Below, in pieces: positions 17,187-25,998 of a stretch of DNA of 32,000 nt; within the stretch, counting starts at the first letter, position 1, and every line of letters starts with the position of its first letter. The translations under genes and the position numbers were made by a program. Source of the DNA: Planctopirus limnophila DSM 3776. GTDB taxonomy: Bacteria > Planctomycetota > Planctomycetia > Planctomycetales > Planctomycetaceae. The DNA is taken from assembly GCF_000092105.1 (NCBI RefSeq), contig NC_014148.1:4830001-4862000 (forward strand), given 5' to 3'. The notes under the pieces were generated by a model. The model ran no database searches. It was not told the DNA's origin and was given only the letters and a program-made list of their open reading frames with translations.

Positions 17187-18944
17187 GTGAGTGAGATTCA
17201 GTTCTGGAAGCTGCTGCTGATTATCAATGGTCTCATCCCCCTGGCACTTTTGGGCTGGGATGCGTTACAGGGTAAAACCGGTGGCAACGCCATTGGACAG
17301 GCCATCCATACCACAGGCTACGTCTCCCTGCTCTTCATCATGGCGTCCCTCGCTGTGACACCACTTCGAGTTGTCACGGGTTGGACGACCCCGGTCGCCT
17401 TTCGTCGTATTCTCGGGTTGTTTGGCTTCTTCTATGCGGCCATTCACTTCGGAATTTACTTTGGATTTGATCGCGCTTTGAGCCTGTCGAGTACCTTCGA
17501 CGAAATCGCGAAACGCAGGTTCCTACTTGTAGGCATGACCGCACTGATGCTCATGGTCCCCCTGGCTGTCACTTCCACAAACGCCATGATCAATCGACTC
17601 GGCGGCAAACGCTGGAAGCTCTTGCATCGCACAGCCTACATCGTAGGAGCACTGGCCGTCCTCCATTACTTCATGCAGGTGAAAGCCGATATTCGCCAGC
17701 CCCTCGCCTTTGCTGTTGTCCTGGGCGCCTTTCTGCTCATGCGTCTTCCTTTGAAAAAGCTCCTGCAAACTTCCAAGTCTCACTCTCCCGTCCACACCTC
17801 CGTCAAATCACCAGCCACTGCGACAGGTCGGCCCAGGTTCTGGACAGGTGAACTCAAGCTGGCGCGTGTCTTTCACGAAACTTCTCTTGTAAAGACCTTT
17901 CGCTTCGTGGCTCCCGATGGCAACAACCTGCCGTTTGCCTTTGAACCCGGACAGTACCTGACATTGAAAGTACTCATCGACGGAAAGTTCGTCAGTCGCT
18001 CGTACACCATCGCATCATCCCCCAGCCAATCGGGCTATTGCGAAATCTCTGTCAAGCGGGAGGAACATGGCCTCGTCTCGCGGTATCTGCACGAGCACCT
18101 GCAAGAAGGCGATCTTCTCTCAATATCGGCACCAGGTGGAAAGTTCTTCTTCAATGGTCGCCAGGCGAAAAGTGTCGTTTTCATCTCGGGTGGTGTGGGA
18201 ATCACACCTCTCATGTCGATGACTCGTTACCTCACCGATACCTGCTGGCCCGGCGAAATCCACTTTCTCGTTGTCGATCGATCACCCAAAGATTTGATCT
18301 TTTACGACGAATTGCGACATCTGGCCCATCGATTTCCCAATCTTCATGTGGCCGTCACATTGACTCGATCTCCAGAGATGGATGATTGGATGGTGCCGGA
18401 TGGCTGGCGGCGAGGTGAAGGACGGATCAATACCTCGTGGCTGCGCGAATGCCTGCACGATTGGCCCCAGCGCCAGGTCTATCTCTGCGGCCCCGACGCC
18501 ATGATGGATGCCACTCGTGAGCTTCTGACTGAACTTGGAGTCCCTGCCGAGCAGATCTTTACCGAAGCCTTCGTCTCACCAGCTGCACAAAAAGAGGCGA
18601 CTGAGATTCTGCCTGTGGAGTCTCCAGCCAATACCACAGCGACCTCCTCACGCGAACTCACCACGCACTCCGCAACTCCGGGCGAGTTTCAAGCCACCTT
18701 GCAATCGTCCCGGCAAACCATCGAATTGAGTGGCTACAACAATCTGCTCGAAGCGGCTGAAGCCGCGGGACTCGACTGGCCCTACGATTGCCGCTCCGGT
18801 GTTTGTGGCCAGTGCCGTGTGCGACTCATCAGTGGCGAAGTCGTGATGGATGTCCACGAAGCTCTTACGCCACAGGAACGAGCACAAGGCCATATCCTCC
18901 CCTGCCAGGCCCGCGCCTTCAGCCATCTGGTGATTGAGGCCTGA
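17187..18944 (+). CDS. msrQ: MsrQ (ferric-reductase-type heme-b membrane domain) fused to an FAD/NAD(P)H oxidoreductase and a plant-type 2Fe-2S ferredoxin domain
   Basis: The N-terminal 200 aa or so align with E. coli MsrQ, including the His ligand contexts (FYAAIHFGIYF; WKLLHRTAYIVGALAVLHYFMQV, with the two His 13 residues apart). Next come the FNR-type motifs RSYTIAS, VVFISGGVGITPLMSM and YLCGPDAMM. Last is a C-terminal ferredoxin, CRSGVCGQCRVRL...LPCQA. It is one uninterrupted ORF. The longest ORF starts at TTG 17148, and GTG 17187 has GGAAGG 7 nt upstream. Confidence 0.85.
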   Translation: MSEIQFWKLLLIINGLIPLALLGWDALQGKTGGNAIGQAIHTTGYVSLLFIMASLAVTPLRVVTGWTTPVAFRRILGLFGFFYAAIHFGIYFGFDRALSLSSTFDEIAKRRFLLVGMTALMLMVPLAVTSTNAMINRLGGKRWKLLHRTAYIVGALAVLHYFMQVKADIRQPLAFAVVLGAFLLMRLPLKKLLQTSKSHSPVHTSVKSPATATGRPRFWTGELKLARVFHETSLVKTFRFVAPDGNNLPFAFEPGQYLTLKVLIDGKFVSRSYTIASSPSQSGYCEISVKREEHGLVSRYLHEHLQEGDLLSISAPGGKFFFNGRQAKSVVFISGGVGITPLMSMTRYLTDTCWPGEIHFLVVDRSPKDLIFYDELRHLAHRFPNLHVAVTLTRSPEMDDWMVPDGWRRGEGRINTSWLRECLHDWPQRQVYLCGPDAMMDATRELLTELGVPAEQIFTEAFVSPAAQKEATEILPVESPANTTATSSRELTTHSATPGEFQATLQSSRQTIELSGYNNLLEAAEAAGLDWPYDCRSGVCGQCRVRLISGEVVMDVHEALTPQERAQGHILPCQARAFSHLVIEA

Positions 18945-19092
18945 CAAGCTGACCTGGACTCCTCTTGATGGGTTGATCTCACGCACCCACGCCGGCTTTG
19001 TGCTAACATAAGGCCTGAGCCGTCAGCCGATGATTTGTCGGTGAAATTCAAATTCTGCACGCTGACGTTGGCTCGTTCGAACTCCGCGCGGA

Positions 19093-21213
19093 ATGAATCA
19101 TCGGGAAAGCCTCGCAATGCAACCGGCGACCTTTGAAAGCCTTGTCGATTCACAGACTCCTGATCTCTGGCAGATTGAAACTCGTGGCCCTGGCCCGCAA
19201 GGTGCTTTGCCACTCACCGACGAACTGTTGAGAAATGCTCCCAGTGGCGATCTGTTTGGTCTCACTCAAAATGCCGGCATGGGCTGGCCTGTCGCCGAAG
19301 TCTTGAGGCCGCAATACCTCATTTTAAGTACACAAGGTGGTATTCGCGGCGAAGATGGCCGCCCGATTGCTCTGGGTTATCACACGGGCCATTACGAAGT
19401 CGGCCTGTTGATGCGTGCTGCTGCCGAAGAAATCGATCGTCTGGAGGGATTACCCTTTGCCGGGTATGTGAGCGATCCTTGTGATGGCCGTACCCAAGGC
19501 ACAACGGGGATGATGGACAGCCTGCCCTATCGGAATGACGCCGCCATTGTGCTCCGCCGGTTGATCAGGTCACTCCCAGTGCGGGAAGGTGTCGTGGGTG
19601 TGGCTACGTGCGACAAAGGCCTTCCCGCCATGATGATGGCACTGGCTTCGATGCACGATCTGCCGTGTGTGATTGTCCCTGGCGGAGTCACTTTGCCTCC
19701 TGTTTCGGGCGAAGATACCGGGAAAGTCCAGAGTATCGGTGCCCGTTATGCCAAAGGCGAAATCTCGCTGGAACATGCTGCCGAAGCAGGCTGCCGCGCC
19801 TGTGGTTCAGCAGGTGGTGGTTGCCAGTTTCTCGGGACAGCCGCCACGTCGCAAATTGTGGCTGAAGCGTTAGGAATGTCTTTACCACATGCCGCTCTGG
19901 CACCTTCAGGCCAGCCGATCTGGTTGGATATTGCCGTCCGTTCAGCCAGAGCTGTCGTGACACAGCGGCTGACAGGTCTTTCGATGAACAAGATCCTCAC
20001 TGCCGATTCGCTGCATAATGCGATGGTCGTGCATGCAGCCTGCGGTGGCTCGACCAACTTGCTGCTGCATATCCCGGCTATCGCCTTTGCTGCCGGTCTC
20101 GAGCGGCCCAAGGTCGAAGAGTGGAACCGGATCAACCTCGCGACACCCCGGTTGGTGGATTGCCTTCCCAATGGGCCCGTAGGTCACCCCACTGTGCGAT
20201 TCTTCCTGGCTGGAGGTGTTCCGGAACTCATGCTCCATTTGCGTGCCTTAGGCCTCCTCAAGCTGAATGCTTTGACAGCCACTGGCAAACCACTCGGTGA
20301 CGTTCTCGAATGGTGGGAAAAGAGTGAACGTCGCGAACGTGTCCGTCAGGTATTGCATGAGCGGGATGGCGTCGATCCCGATGACGTGGTGATGCCCCCC
20401 GCACTGGCGAAGGCTCGTGGATTGACCAGTACTGTCTGCTTCCCTCGCGGGAATATTGCCCCCGAAGGTTCGGTTGTCAAAGCCACTTCCATCGACAAGT
20501 CCACATTGGATGCGAATGGTGTCTACCACAAGATTGGCCGCGTGCGGTTTTTTGCAACGGAACGGGAAGCGATTCGTGCGGTCAAAGGCCAGTCTCAGCC
20601 CGCAGTCCAGGCAGGAGATATTCTCATTCTTGCCGGGCGTGGGCCCTTGGGCTGTGGGATGGAAGAAACGTATCAAATCACGTCCAGCCTGAGGTATCTC
20701 CCCTTCGGAAAAGAGGTGACATTGATCACGGATGCCCGCTTTTCGGGGGTTTCGACGGGGGCCTGCATTGGTCACGTCGGCCCGGAAGCTCTCGCGGGTG
20801 GCCCGATTGGGAAACTCCGCGATAATGATCTCATCGAAGTACGGATCGATACGCGGAACTTGACGGGAAGTATAAACTTCATTGGCGAAGGTGATGCCAC
20901 GTTCACAGCCGAACATGGTGCTAGAATTCTAGCAGGGCGTACACCTCACCCGAAATTAGCTCCAGACCCAGAACTTCCGGCCGACACCAGGCTCTGGGCA
21001 GCATTGCAGCAGTTAGGAGGCGGAACCTGGGGAGGATGTGTCTACGATGTCGACGCCATTGTCAACGCCCTCGCAAATGCACCTCGGATGGGGACTGCTC
21101 CCTGCAGTTTATCTGGTGAAGGAAGTTCCAGCAGCAACCCCGCGGCTGGCTCCTCAAATCCAGAATCCGGCACAGACCTGCTCGCCACCACGCATGGACG
21201 AAGCAGCTGCTGA
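19093..21213 (+). CDS. IlvD/Edd-family sugar-acid dehydratase, YjhG/YagF (D-xylonate dehydratase)-like
   Basis: Collinear by eye with E. coli YjhG: [121 protein letters not shown] low-complexity tail of about 45 aa (S/G/P/N-rich) extends past the homologous end. Confidence 0.88.
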   Translation: MNHRESLAMQPATFESLVDSQTPDLWQIETRGPGPQGALPLTDELLRNAPSGDLFGLTQNAGMGWPVAEVLRPQYLILSTQGGIRGEDGRPIALGYHTGHYEVGLLMRAAAEEIDRLEGLPFAGYVSDPCDGRTQGTTGMMDSLPYRNDAAIVLRRLIRSLPVREGVVGVATCDKGLPAMMMALASMHDLPCVIVPGGVTLPPVSGEDTGKVQSIGARYAKGEISLEHAAEAGCRACGSAGGGCQFLGTAATSQIVAEALGMSLPHAALAPSGQPIWLDIAVRSARAVVTQRLTGLSMNKILTADSLHNAMVVHAACGGSTNLLLHIPAIAFAAGLERPKVEEWNRINLATPRLVDCLPNGPVGHPTVRFFLAGGVPELMLHLRALGLLKLNALTATGKPLGDVLEWWEKSERRERVRQVLHERDGVDPDDVVMPPALAKARGLTSTVCFPRGNIAPEGSVVKATSIDKSTLDANGVYHKIGRVRFFATEREAIRAVKGQSQPAVQAGDILILAGRGPLGCGMEETYQITSSLRYLPFGKEVTLITDARFSGVSTGACIGHVGPEALAGGPIGKLRDNDLIEVRIDTRNLTGSINFIGEGDATFTAEHGARILAGRTPHPKLAPDPELPADTRLWAALQQLGGGTWGGCVYDVDAIVNALANAPRMGTAPCSLSGEGSSSSNPAAGSSNPESGTDLLATTHGRSSC

Positions 21214-21319
21214 TGTTGATCAATCGGAGCATCGCCAGAACATGAACTGCCTTCGTGCCATGTTTGCGGCTCTGAGCAAGCATGCCTTACCAATCCTCAA
21301 TGCCCCATTAGCTTTCGGG

Positions 21320-22840
21320 ATGAGTACAAGACGGCATCTGGCGAATCTCTTGATCGCGTTGGCACTTCTGCTGATCGCTGGTTTTTTTGCTCCGCTCACC
21401 CAGGCCAGCGATTCACCCACAGTCTTAATTCCACAGCAGGCCAATCCTCAGGAAGTCACCGCAGAGGATGGCTATCGGATCCTCAAATCCAAACCTTTTC
21501 TTCCGGCAGACTTTCATGATCGCCACCTGGAGCAGCTCTGGACCGTCTGGCCCGAGCCCTGGAAAACGAAGTATGCACAGGCTGCCCCGCACGAGAAGCG
21601 GCAGCTTCTCTTCTCGTACTATGGCTTGATTGAAGATCCCCAGCAAAAGTCTGCCGAATCCAGCAAGGAGAATGCTGTTTCTGGGACTCCCGCATTGGGA
21701 TATCTCAAAACAGAATCCGGGAATTGGGTGATGACCTGCCTCGCCTGCCACGGCGGTAAAGTGGCCGGCCAATCACAGGCGGGCCTTCCCAATTCACACT
21801 TTGCCCTGCAAACGCTTGCCGAAGATCTTCGTCAGGTGAAGCTCGCTAACAAAGAGACTCTCGCACATCTGGAAACGGCCTCACTGACGATTCCACTCAA
21901 TGTGACCAATGGCACGACCAATTCCGTCATCTTTGGAGTGATCCTGGGGACCTTCCGCCGCCCGGACATGTCGGTTGATCTGGCACGAACAGTTCCGCCA
22001 GTCATTCATCACGATGTCGATGCTCCACCCTTCTGGAATGTCAAATATAAAACCTCGCTCTACTGCGATGGTTTCGCTCCCAAGTATCACCGCCCTCTCA
22101 TGCAGTTCATGCTCTTGCCAGTGAACGGCCAATCGACAATCTACAGTTGGGAAGATGATTTCCGAGCCATCGAAAAATGGATCGAATCTGTCGAGGCACC
22201 GGCCTATCCCTTCCCCGTCGATGACACACTGGCCGCCTCAGGCCGAGTCGTCTTCGAGAAAAACTGTGCCAGCTGTCATGGCACTTATGGCCAGGGAACC
22301 CTCGTTTCAGATCGGGAATTTCCCGCCGACACCCCGCTGCATGCGCTCACCACAGCCAAACGCGATGTTGTGAAGTACGAACAGAAAGTCATTCCCATCA
22401 GCGATGTGGGAACTGATCCGGTTCGACTGCAGGCATTAACGGCTACACATCGCCAATGGATGAAAGATGGCTGGATGAGCGATTACGGCAATCATCCAGT
22501 GATCATCGAACCCGCCGGTTATGTCGCACCTCCACTGGTCGGTATCTGGGCCAGTGCTCCGTATTTTCATAATGGCAGCGTCCCCACGCTCTGGCATGTC
22601 CTTCATCCCGAGAATCGCCCTGCCGTCTGGAAACGAACTGAAAATGGTTACGATACGAACAAAGTAGGTCTCGAAGTGGAAGAGTTCGGCCGATTGCCGA
22701 CAGGTATCAAAACTCCCGCTGAAAGACGCCGCTACTTCGATACGAAGCTCAAAGGCAAGTCATCTGTCGGGCACGATTACCCGAGTGCACTGACCGCCGA
22801 TGAGAAAAAAGCTCTCCTGGAATACCTCAAGACTTTGTGA
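21320..22840 (+). CDS. Exported diheme c-type cytochrome (distant cytochrome-c-peroxidase/MauG-like features)
   Basis: ATG 21320 gives a signal peptide, MSTRRHLANLLIALALLLIAGFFAPLTQA. There are two CXXCH motifs (CLACHGG, CASCHGT). SAPYFHNGSVPTLWHVL resembles the conserved PYFHDGS..TL segment of the CCP/MauG family. The upstream part of ORF 21038.. overlaps the dehydratase and is probably not translated. Confidence 0.7.
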   Translation: MSTRRHLANLLIALALLLIAGFFAPLTQASDSPTVLIPQQANPQEVTAEDGYRILKSKPFLPADFHDRHLEQLWTVWPEPWKTKYAQAAPHEKRQLLFSYYGLIEDPQQKSAESSKENAVSGTPALGYLKTESGNWVMTCLACHGGKVAGQSQAGLPNSHFALQTLAEDLRQVKLANKETLAHLETASLTIPLNVTNGTTNSVIFGVILGTFRRPDMSVDLARTVPPVIHHDVDAPPFWNVKYKTSLYCDGFAPKYHRPLMQFMLLPVNGQSTIYSWEDDFRAIEKWIESVEAPAYPFPVDDTLAASGRVVFEKNCASCHGTYGQGTLVSDREFPADTPLHALTTAKRDVVKYEQKVIPISDVGTDPVRLQALTATHRQWMKDGWMSDYGNHPVIIEPAGYVAPPLVGIWASAPYFHNGSVPTLWHVLHPENRPAVWKRTENGYDTNKVGLEVEEFGRLPTGIKTPAERRRYFDTKLKGKSSVGHDYPSALTADEKKALLEYLKTL

Positions 22841-22967
22841 TGGTTCTGGACAATCGCCAGCTGGTCGTTCAGTGTGAGTGAATGGCTGAAAAAGTGTTTA
22901 TCATTCTCAAGTTTCATTTGTCATTTCAGTTTGATTTCGTGAACGGGCGGCTTCCGGGAGTTCAGGC

Positions 22968-24149
22968 ATGCAGAAACTTTTTCGGCAACTGTTGAATTCC
23001 TCGATGGTATACTCTGCCCGTGTGGTCTGGCTGTGCACAGTCGCTTTGACCACGGTATCAGCAGCAGGCCAGGAAGAGGGATCAGCCCCAAAGCAGGCAG
23101 GCCAGCCACCATTGGACCGACGCGCTGAAGTTCTTCCTCCCAACGGATTGTCATTGGTCAAATCTCTGGTGGAGGCCCAGCCTGCCGAAACCCCCGCTGG
23201 TGAGGATGATCCGATGGCAGCCATGTTTCGAGACCCCAAGGGAAGCATCTGGTCGAGCACTTTGGGTGGCCGCCAATTCTGGGGTGATGTCCATTTCTTC
23301 CATCACTTCCGAATTCAAAAGAATGTCTTCACGGGCCACTATCGATTACTCGACAGTCACGATCGTCGTCTGGCCAGCGGGACGCTCGAAGCTTGCCATC
23401 AGGCACTGAATGAACTGCGAAAGAAGGACCACATTCCGTCGATGTCCGGCACTGTGGTCATCTTCGTGCATGGAATCGTCAGGTCATCCAAGTCGATGTC
23501 GACACTGGCACGCCTGGCGGAAAAGCATGACATGACCGGGCTGGAGTTCGATTATCCCAGCACTCAGATCGATATTCGTGAGTGTGCCGAGTACCTGCAT
23601 CAATGCATCAGCGGGCTGGAAGGTGTCGAGAAGATTCATCTGGTGGTGCACAGCATGGGTGGACTGGTGACGCGGGCTTACTTCGAGAAATATCATGATC
23701 CCCGCATTGGACGGCTCGTCATGCTGGGCACTCCGAATCAGGGAGCGCGGATGGCTGACCATTTGAAGGGCACTCTGCTCTTCAAAACCGTCTTCGGGCC
23801 GGCAGGTCAACAGCTTGTCACAGATCCTGAGGGAGTGATCCCCAGTCTCCCCATTCCGCCGTGTGAATTCGCTGTCATTGCTGGTGTTCGCGGCGACGGA
23901 AAAGGTTGGAACCCGTTCATCGCAGGGGATGACGACGGCACAGTCGAAGTGACCAGCACACGCCTGCCCGGAGCAGCCGACTTCATCACCATCCCGGTGA
24001 TCCACGCTCTGATGATGCGTGATCAGGCCGTTGGTGAACACGCCCTGCGGTTTCTGCAAACCGGGTCACTGCGTGCGGAGGGACAAAACGAACCGATTTT
24101 CAGGGTCGACCAGAAACTCCCGCCACCTCCAGAGTCTCCCAGAGACTGA
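22968..24149 (+). CDS. Secreted alpha/beta-hydrolase (lipase/esterase-like)
   Basis: Signal peptide, then an oxyanion-type VIFVHGI, the nucleophile elbow VVHSMGGLV (GXSXG) and LGTPNQGA. The fold assignment comes from motifs only. Confidence 0.7.
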   Translation: MQKLFRQLLNSSMVYSARVVWLCTVALTTVSAAGQEEGSAPKQAGQPPLDRRAEVLPPNGLSLVKSLVEAQPAETPAGEDDPMAAMFRDPKGSIWSSTLGGRQFWGDVHFFHHFRIQKNVFTGHYRLLDSHDRRLASGTLEACHQALNELRKKDHIPSMSGTVVIFVHGIVRSSKSMSTLARLAEKHDMTGLEFDYPSTQIDIRECAEYLHQCISGLEGVEKIHLVVHSMGGLVTRAYFEKYHDPRIGRLVMLGTPNQGARMADHLKGTLLFKTVFGPAGQQLVTDPEGVIPSLPIPPCEFAVIAGVRGDGKGWNPFIAGDDDGTVEVTSTRLPGAADFITIPVIHALMMRDQAVGEHALRFLQTGSLRAEGQNEPIFRVDQKLPPPPESPRD

Positions 24150-24260
24150 TCAGCAAGCAACAATCTCTCCTATCTCCGACTGGGTGGCTGGGGCCAGATC
24201 TCTTCATTTGCACCCGAGTTGAGTTGACTCCGATCGTACCATGCAGACATGGCCTTTTCT

Positions 24261-24286
24261 CCTTCTCCCGTTCCGACGGGAGAAGG
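24261..24286. repeat. REP-like perfect hairpin (11-bp stem, 4-nt loop) between convergent genes
   Basis: CCTTCTCCCGT (24261-24271), loop TCCG, ACGGGAGAAGG (24276-24286), followed by CCGGGATGAGGG. It reads as ...SPSPVPTGEGRDEG... in a spurious ORF, which is characteristic of a widespread intergenic repeat class. Confidence 0.6.
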
Positions 24287-24431
24287 CCGGGATGAGGGAA
24301 ATTCGCACGTTGTTGGCGAAAAATCCACCAGTGACTTCATCGCAGTACGCTTCTTAATGAGTGGCGACCCAGAGTATATATACGCAAGAGATTCACATCG
24401 ATTAGAAAGACCCTCGCCCGGCCCGTCGCAA

Positions 24432-25865
24432 CTACACACTTACAAATCGCATCAAGAAAAATGCACTTGCCGAAAGCGTGAGGATAAATGCCACACACGT
24501 AACAATTGCGGCAGCCATGGCGAAAGGCAGCGGAGCCGGGGCGGGCGTCGCTGTCGTCGCTCGCCGAATAGTCGCACGGATCAGAGGGTAGATATAGACA
24601 AAGTTGAGAAAACTACCGATGAGTAAAAATCCTGCAGCGGCGTAGTGATGCCGATGAACTTCCTCCAACAGCATAATGTCCTTGCTATAGTAACCGGCAA
24701 AAAACGGAAAGCCGCTGATGGATAATCCAAAGAGCACACCCGCCACGCCGAGCCACCGCCGACCGGGAATCGCGTTGGCCACTTGAGGGGCCTGGACACT
24801 TCCAAATGATGTGAGAAAGGCTCCGGCACAAAAGAATAATCCCAGCTTGGCGATCGAGTGCGTGATAATGTGCAGCATCGCCCCCTGCATGCTCTCCGGC
24901 GTTCCGACCAGAATCGCAGTAATAATGTAGGATAACTGGCCGACGGTCGAGAACGAAAACCGCTCTTTCAAATCCGGCGTCTTCCACGCTCGATACGCCG
25001 TATAGATGGCCGTAAAGCCACACAAGTAAATCAGCCACCCCGTCTCAAGAAAGTGATCGCTCAATTCACGAAGCAATTCCATGCCGTAAACATGCTTGGC
25101 GATCTTGAATAACACGATGCTTCCCACCTGCACCGACGCGACCGAGTGAATCATGGCAGTCACAGGTGCCGGGGCGATAGAAACAGTTGGTAGCCACAAG
25201 TGGAACGGGGCGACACAGTTCTTCGAAAGCCCCACAATGATCAGGGCGAGAATGATGGACGCTTTGCCATGGCTCCACCCGAAGTCTGTAATACTGATCT
25301 GTTCAAAAGGGGTGCCCAGCGGAAAATTCCATGCGACGACAGGGAGCACAATGAGCAGTACAGGCCAAAGTGTTGATTTGACATAGAATCTTGCCGCGCG
25401 GTGGGCAGCGTCTCCCCCTCTGAGAGTAATGAGCGGAACAATCGTTGGTATCGCCGCAATGTAGAAAAATAGCAGTGTGAAGAAGTTATCAGAAAGCCCG
25501 GCCCCCACCGACAATCCTACGGTCGCATTCATGTACTTGTGAAATGATTCAGCCTGATTTGAAAGGTGGGCTGATATATAGCCCACGGAATAGAGTAATG
25601 TGACGCTCCAGCATAAATAGACAACAATCACGAACATCCACGAGGATCTGTCAAGAGAGAACGAAATCCAGTTACCCAGACGAATCGAACCGCTTTCAGG
25701 GCCATGCAGAACCGCAATGACCGCCATACAAGCGGTGGATATTATGGAAATCGAGTAAAATGAGAGCTTCGATTTTGACTTGATGATCGTCAGCAGGTTA
25801 AGAATCAGCGGCCAAGCCAGCAGCAACAGTGCCATGGAAGTAGGATCGAGAATAGCCCTGACCAT
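24432..25865 (-). CDS. Orphan NuoL/M/N- or MnhD-like antiporter-type membrane subunit (Proton_antipo_M family)
   Basis: 477 aa and polytopic. The family core is GLSKNCVAPFHLWLPTVSIAPAPVTAMIHS and ITHSIAKLGLFFCAGAF. No other complex I or Mrp subunits are nearby. It lies downstream of and co-directional with arsR. Confidence 0.8.
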   Translation of the reverse strand: MVRAILDPTSMALLLLAWPLILNLLTIIKSKSKLSFYSISIISTACMAVIAVLHGPESGSIRLGNWISFSLDRSSWMFVIVVYLCWSVTLLYSVGYISAHLSNQAESFHKYMNATVGLSVGAGLSDNFFTLLFFYIAAIPTIVPLITLRGGDAAHRAARFYVKSTLWPVLLIVLPVVAWNFPLGTPFEQISITDFGWSHGKASIILALIIVGLSKNCVAPFHLWLPTVSIAPAPVTAMIHSVASVQVGSIVLFKIAKHVYGMELLRELSDHFLETGWLIYLCGFTAIYTAYRAWKTPDLKERFSFSTVGQLSYIITAILVGTPESMQGAMLHIITHSIAKLGLFFCAGAFLTSFGSVQAPQVANAIPGRRWLGVAGVLFGLSISGFPFFAGYYSKDIMLLEEVHRHHYAAAGFLLIGSFLNFVYIYPLIRATIRRATTATPAPAPLPFAMAAAIVTCVAFILTLSASAFFLMRFVSV

Positions 25866-25998
25866 TACAGATGTTTCCCTATAAGAGGCGGAAGCAGTTC
25901 AGCAGACCCGGCTGAAAACAATTCAAGAAGTGTGCCCCAGGTGGGTTGCACTGGCCGGTTACAACACCGCCAGGTGGTGTGGACGGAGTGGACGCGTC

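Noticed and set aside
24432-25865. DabB of a DabA/DabB inorganic-carbon pump.
   Set aside because: No DUF2309/DabA-like gene lies adjacent; the downstream 280 bp is non-coding and the upstream gene is arsR. I kept it only as a comparison in the finding.
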